This document shows, one piece after another, positions 61,423 to 64,000 of a stretch of 64,000 nt of DNA. Both the position numbers and the translations under genes were made by a program. The stretch is from an uncultured Nitrospiraceae bacterium (GTDB lineage: Bacteria; Nitrospirota; Nitrospiria; Nitrospirales; Nitrospiraceae). The stretch is taken from assembly GCA_963706325.1 (NCBI GenBank), contig CAVPLT010000004.1, positions 544,001 to 608,000 on the forward strand, read 5' to 3'. Numbering within the stretch: position 1 is the stretch's first letter; every line of letters begins with the position of its first letter. The notes beneath the pieces are model-generated. The model did no database searches and had not been told where the DNA came from. It saw nothing but the letters and a program-made list of their open reading frames with translations.

Positions 61423-62493
61423 TCAGCGTGATCGGGAAGGGCCGGTTTCTTCTTCGTACTCGGCGAACAGCCGTTTAGCTTCGGGGTGAAGCAAGTGGGG
61501 ATGTCCGTAGGGGATGCCGGCGGTACGAAACAACGGGGTCAACTTTTCGTTTGGGTGCAGATAGCCCGCGCGTAGTGGCACCGAACGTTTAGTATGGCGA
61601 ATGAGCGAGCATGGCGTGGGCCGGATGGCGCTCAACCAATCGGCAATATCCTGGGGATTTCCAATCGACGCGGACAGGAGGAGGAGCCGCGCTTGCGACG
61701 GACAGAAAATCAACGTTTCTTCCCATACCACGCCGCGTTCAGGGTCGGCCAAATACTGTGATTCATCCATAATGACCAATCCGAGGGTGTCAAGGCGGAC
61801 ATCGATCTCTCCTCCCGCCGCATCGTAGAGCAGATTGCGGAGGATTTCGGTGGTCATGATCAACAGCGATGCTTGCGCGTTTTCGCGGCGGTCACCTGTC
61901 AGAATACCTACTTGGTCGGGGCCGAACAAACGAGAGAACTCCGTGAATTTCGTGTTGGACAGGGCCTTCAACGGCGAGGTGTAAATGACGGTGCGGTTCT
62001 CTTGCATCGCGCGCCTCGTCGCTTCAATGGCGACATAGGTTTTCCCACTTCCTGTAGGGACGCTGACGACGACGTCGGTTTCAGCGAGCCGAGCGAGCGC
62101 ATCCACCTGCCATGCATCCGGCACAAAGGGCTGCGGGGCCGGGACGCCGATGCCTGACAGCCACTCGTGGAGTGAGACGGGCGCTTCATGATGTCCATGA
62201 TCGTCAGTCTTGTGAGGATGCGGTGCCGTGGGGGATGCCACGGGTCTCGATTTCGCCGATGCCCGAGGCGTTGTCTCGACCTGCGCTGCCGGTCGACGGT
62301 GCGTCTGTTCTTCGATCAAGGCCGCCAAATCAGATTCCAGGCCGGCACGGTTCGCTTCGGAAGCTTGCAGCAGGAGATCGACAAGCTTGCGTTTGCCTGA
62401 CCGAAAGTGCCGGCTGATGCGTCCGCGCGCAAGTCGATGCAGCAGAGAGACGGGTTGCTGAAGTAAGATCTGCTCCAATTCGCGCGTCGTCAT
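61423..62493 (-). CDS. Ski2/HelY-like helicase, ATP-binding (RecA1) domain only
   Basis: PTGSGKT, YTSPLKALSN, LTGD, MTTEILRN, DESQ, RGVVWEE, LSASI; ends soon after RSVPL. Confidence 0.9.
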   Translation of the reverse strand: MTTRELEQILLQQPVSLLHRLARGRISRHFRSGKRKLVDLLLQASEANRAGLESDLAALIEEQTHRRPAAQVETTPRASAKSRPVASPTAPHPHKTDDHGHHEAPVSLHEWLSGIGVPAPQPFVPDAWQVDALARLAETDVVVSVPTGSGKTYVAIEATRRAMQENRTVIYTSPLKALSNTKFTEFSRLFGPDQVGILTGDRRENAQASLLIMTTEILRNLLYDAAGGEIDVRLDTLGLVIMDESQYLADPERGVVWEETLIFCPSQARLLLLSASIGNPQDIADWLSAIRPTPCSLIRHTKRSVPLRAGYLHPNEKLTPLFRTAGIPYGHPHLLHPEAKRLFAEYEEETGPSRSR

Positions 62494-64000
62494 GGGAGTT
62501 CTTCCAGCACGCCTCGCCGCATGGCGGCAATCGCTCGATCGGCCGACTCTGCGAGGGAAGGGTGGGTGCTTTTCAAGGTCTTGAGTTGGGACAGAAACTC
62601 GATCGTGCGCGCGAACAGTCGGAACATGTCTCCCTCCGCCATGGTCGTCAGCCGCGCGAGCCCGATCCACGTCAGGGTCTGGTCTGCGACCCACCGTTCC
62701 GTCAATGCCGCGACGTCTGCCCGGAGCATCGGAGGCTCCTCGTGGGGCATGAGACTTTCCGCCAGCTTCCTGACCTGAAACAACAGCGTCACAAGACCGG
62801 TGCTGCCGCGCGGAAATGAGCCGGGACGGTCGTCGTCATGGGCGATGCTCGCCATGATGGCGGCGAGCAAGGGCGGATCGATGGCGCCGAACGCTTCAGC
62901 GCGAATCAGTTCAGTGATTAAGAGCGAGTGATCAATGCGGATCAGTCGTGCCCACTCGCCGTCGGCGGTGAGTTGCGCGGTGGCGCTAAGATAGCCGAAT
63001 CGTTCCAAGACATCGATGCGTTCCTGAAAACGGTGCCACAAACTGGTTTGTAGCGCTTGAATTGATTTCGTGTGTCGGTGAATTTCCTGGCGAACTCGCG
63101 ATGCCCGTGCAAAATCGCGCTGGCACGCCTGCCGAGAGGGGCAGGAGGGACATGGGAAATCTCCTAGCGTATGAATGATGGAACTGTCGAGAGGTACGTC
63201 TTCTTCCTGATGGGTCAGGATAGGCAAGATCGGCAAACGTGGCGGGAGGTCGGCCAACTGATGCGTCAGGTGCTCCAGGGATTGAGGGGTCGTCCAAGGA
63301 TAGATGGACGTTTCCTCGCATTCAAAGGTGCGATCGAACACTTGGGTGACGATCGAGGCGGGGCATTCATTGAGGGCGCCGCCTTCCCGTAAGAGCGTGA
63401 CCATCGGCGCGTGCTGGCCCTTGCTGCGATATTGGCGAAGAATGATGCCGCGTCCCCGCACCAGCCCGATGACCCGTCCCGGTGTGAGAAAATTCAGGCG
63501 CGCTGCGACATCCGGTGATTCTTGTCTGGCTGCGATCCCTCGGGGCTTTTTTCGTTTCCGAGCCTGGTCGAAAATCTGCCACTGTGTGATCCAATCCGAG
63601 CAGACCCGTGGTCCGAACGGTTCCATCTCCGCGCGCAGTCCGTCGAGTTTGGTTTCAAGAATGGCGGTGCGCTGATTCAATTGAAATTGCGCAAAACTTT
63701 TGGCCAGGATCGACTGAATTTGTTCGCGCGGATGCGCTTTGAGCAGGTTCAGGACCATCGGATAACTGATGACGAATTGGCTGTGGATCGGCTCCGGTTG
63801 CCCGGTAAGTCCCTTGGTCAAGACCGTCAGGTCGATGTAGGGTGACGGAGTAATGACCGCAAAGCCCACCAGGTCTTTGCCGCGGCGTCCCGCGCGTCCG
63901 GCAAGTTGCTGGATTTCGCTGGCCGTGAAATCGGTAAAGTCCCTGGCTTTGCGGATACTGGATTGAGTGACGACGACCGTGCGGGCTGGAAAGTCGACAC
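62490..64000 (-). CDS. Ski2/HelY-like helicase C-terminal region (motif VI + DSHCT), 5' end outside window
   Basis: DFPARTVV, QQLAGRAGRRGKD..G, SQF..SY.MVLNLL, EGD..R...RTIE.L.QL. Confidence 0.9.
   Translation of the reverse strand, partial: VDFPARTVVVTQSSIRKARDFTDFTASEIQQLAGRAGRRGKDLVGFAVITPSPYIDLTVLTKGLTGQPEPIHSQFVISYPMVLNLLKAHPREQIQSILAKSFAQFQLNQRTAILETKLDGLRAEMEPFGPRVCSDWITQWQIFDQARKRKKPRGIAARQESPDVAARLNFLTPGRVIGLVRGRGIILRQYRSKGQHAPMVTLLREGGALNECPASIVTQVFDRTFECEETSIYPWTTPQSLEHLTHQLADLPPRLPILPILTHQEEDVPLDSSIIHTLGDFPCPSCPSRQACQRDFARASRVRQEIHRHTKSIQALQTSLWHRFQERIDVLERFGYLSATAQLTADGEWARLIRIDHSLLITELIRAEAFGAIDPPLLAAIMASIAHDDDRPGSFPRGSTGLVTLLFQVRKLAESLMPHEEPPMLRADVAALTERWVADQTLTWIGLARLTTMAEGDMFRLFARTIEFLSQLKTLKSTHPSLAESADRAIAAMRRGVLEELP

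Noticed and set aside
1..64000. CRISPR array or cas genes
   Set aside because: No regularly spaced direct repeats with unique spacers and no Cas-like ORFs seen

Overview
GC-rich bacterial chromosomal window, probably Nitrospira-like (inferred from the protein families and a palindromic intergenic repeat). Core genes include glgX, malQ, pssA, a czcCBA-type RND efflux operon, a DAACS symporter, response regulators, a Ski2/HelY-like helicase pair and tRNA-Arg(ACG). Two accessory hotspots stand out. (1) About 10.9-20.9 kb is a defence/toxin-antitoxin tract (MazG-like, HNH, DUF4411 + XRE-IrrE, BrnTA, MntA-HepT, Fic) next to a radical SAM + DUF4130-UdgX operon. It is punctuated by progressively decayed copies of the 3' end of the symporter gene and has no integrase. 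(2) About 46-56 kb holds islands on both sides of tRNA-Arg; one carries a decayed tyrosine integrase and duplicates the 5' half of the tRNA rather than the usual 3' end. The right end has duplicated BACON/FN3 surface proteins flanking an omptin-like barrel, plus a chimeric remnant of the helicase genes. Several single-base frameshifts may be assembly errors. All family calls come from motif recognition by eye; no database searches were run.
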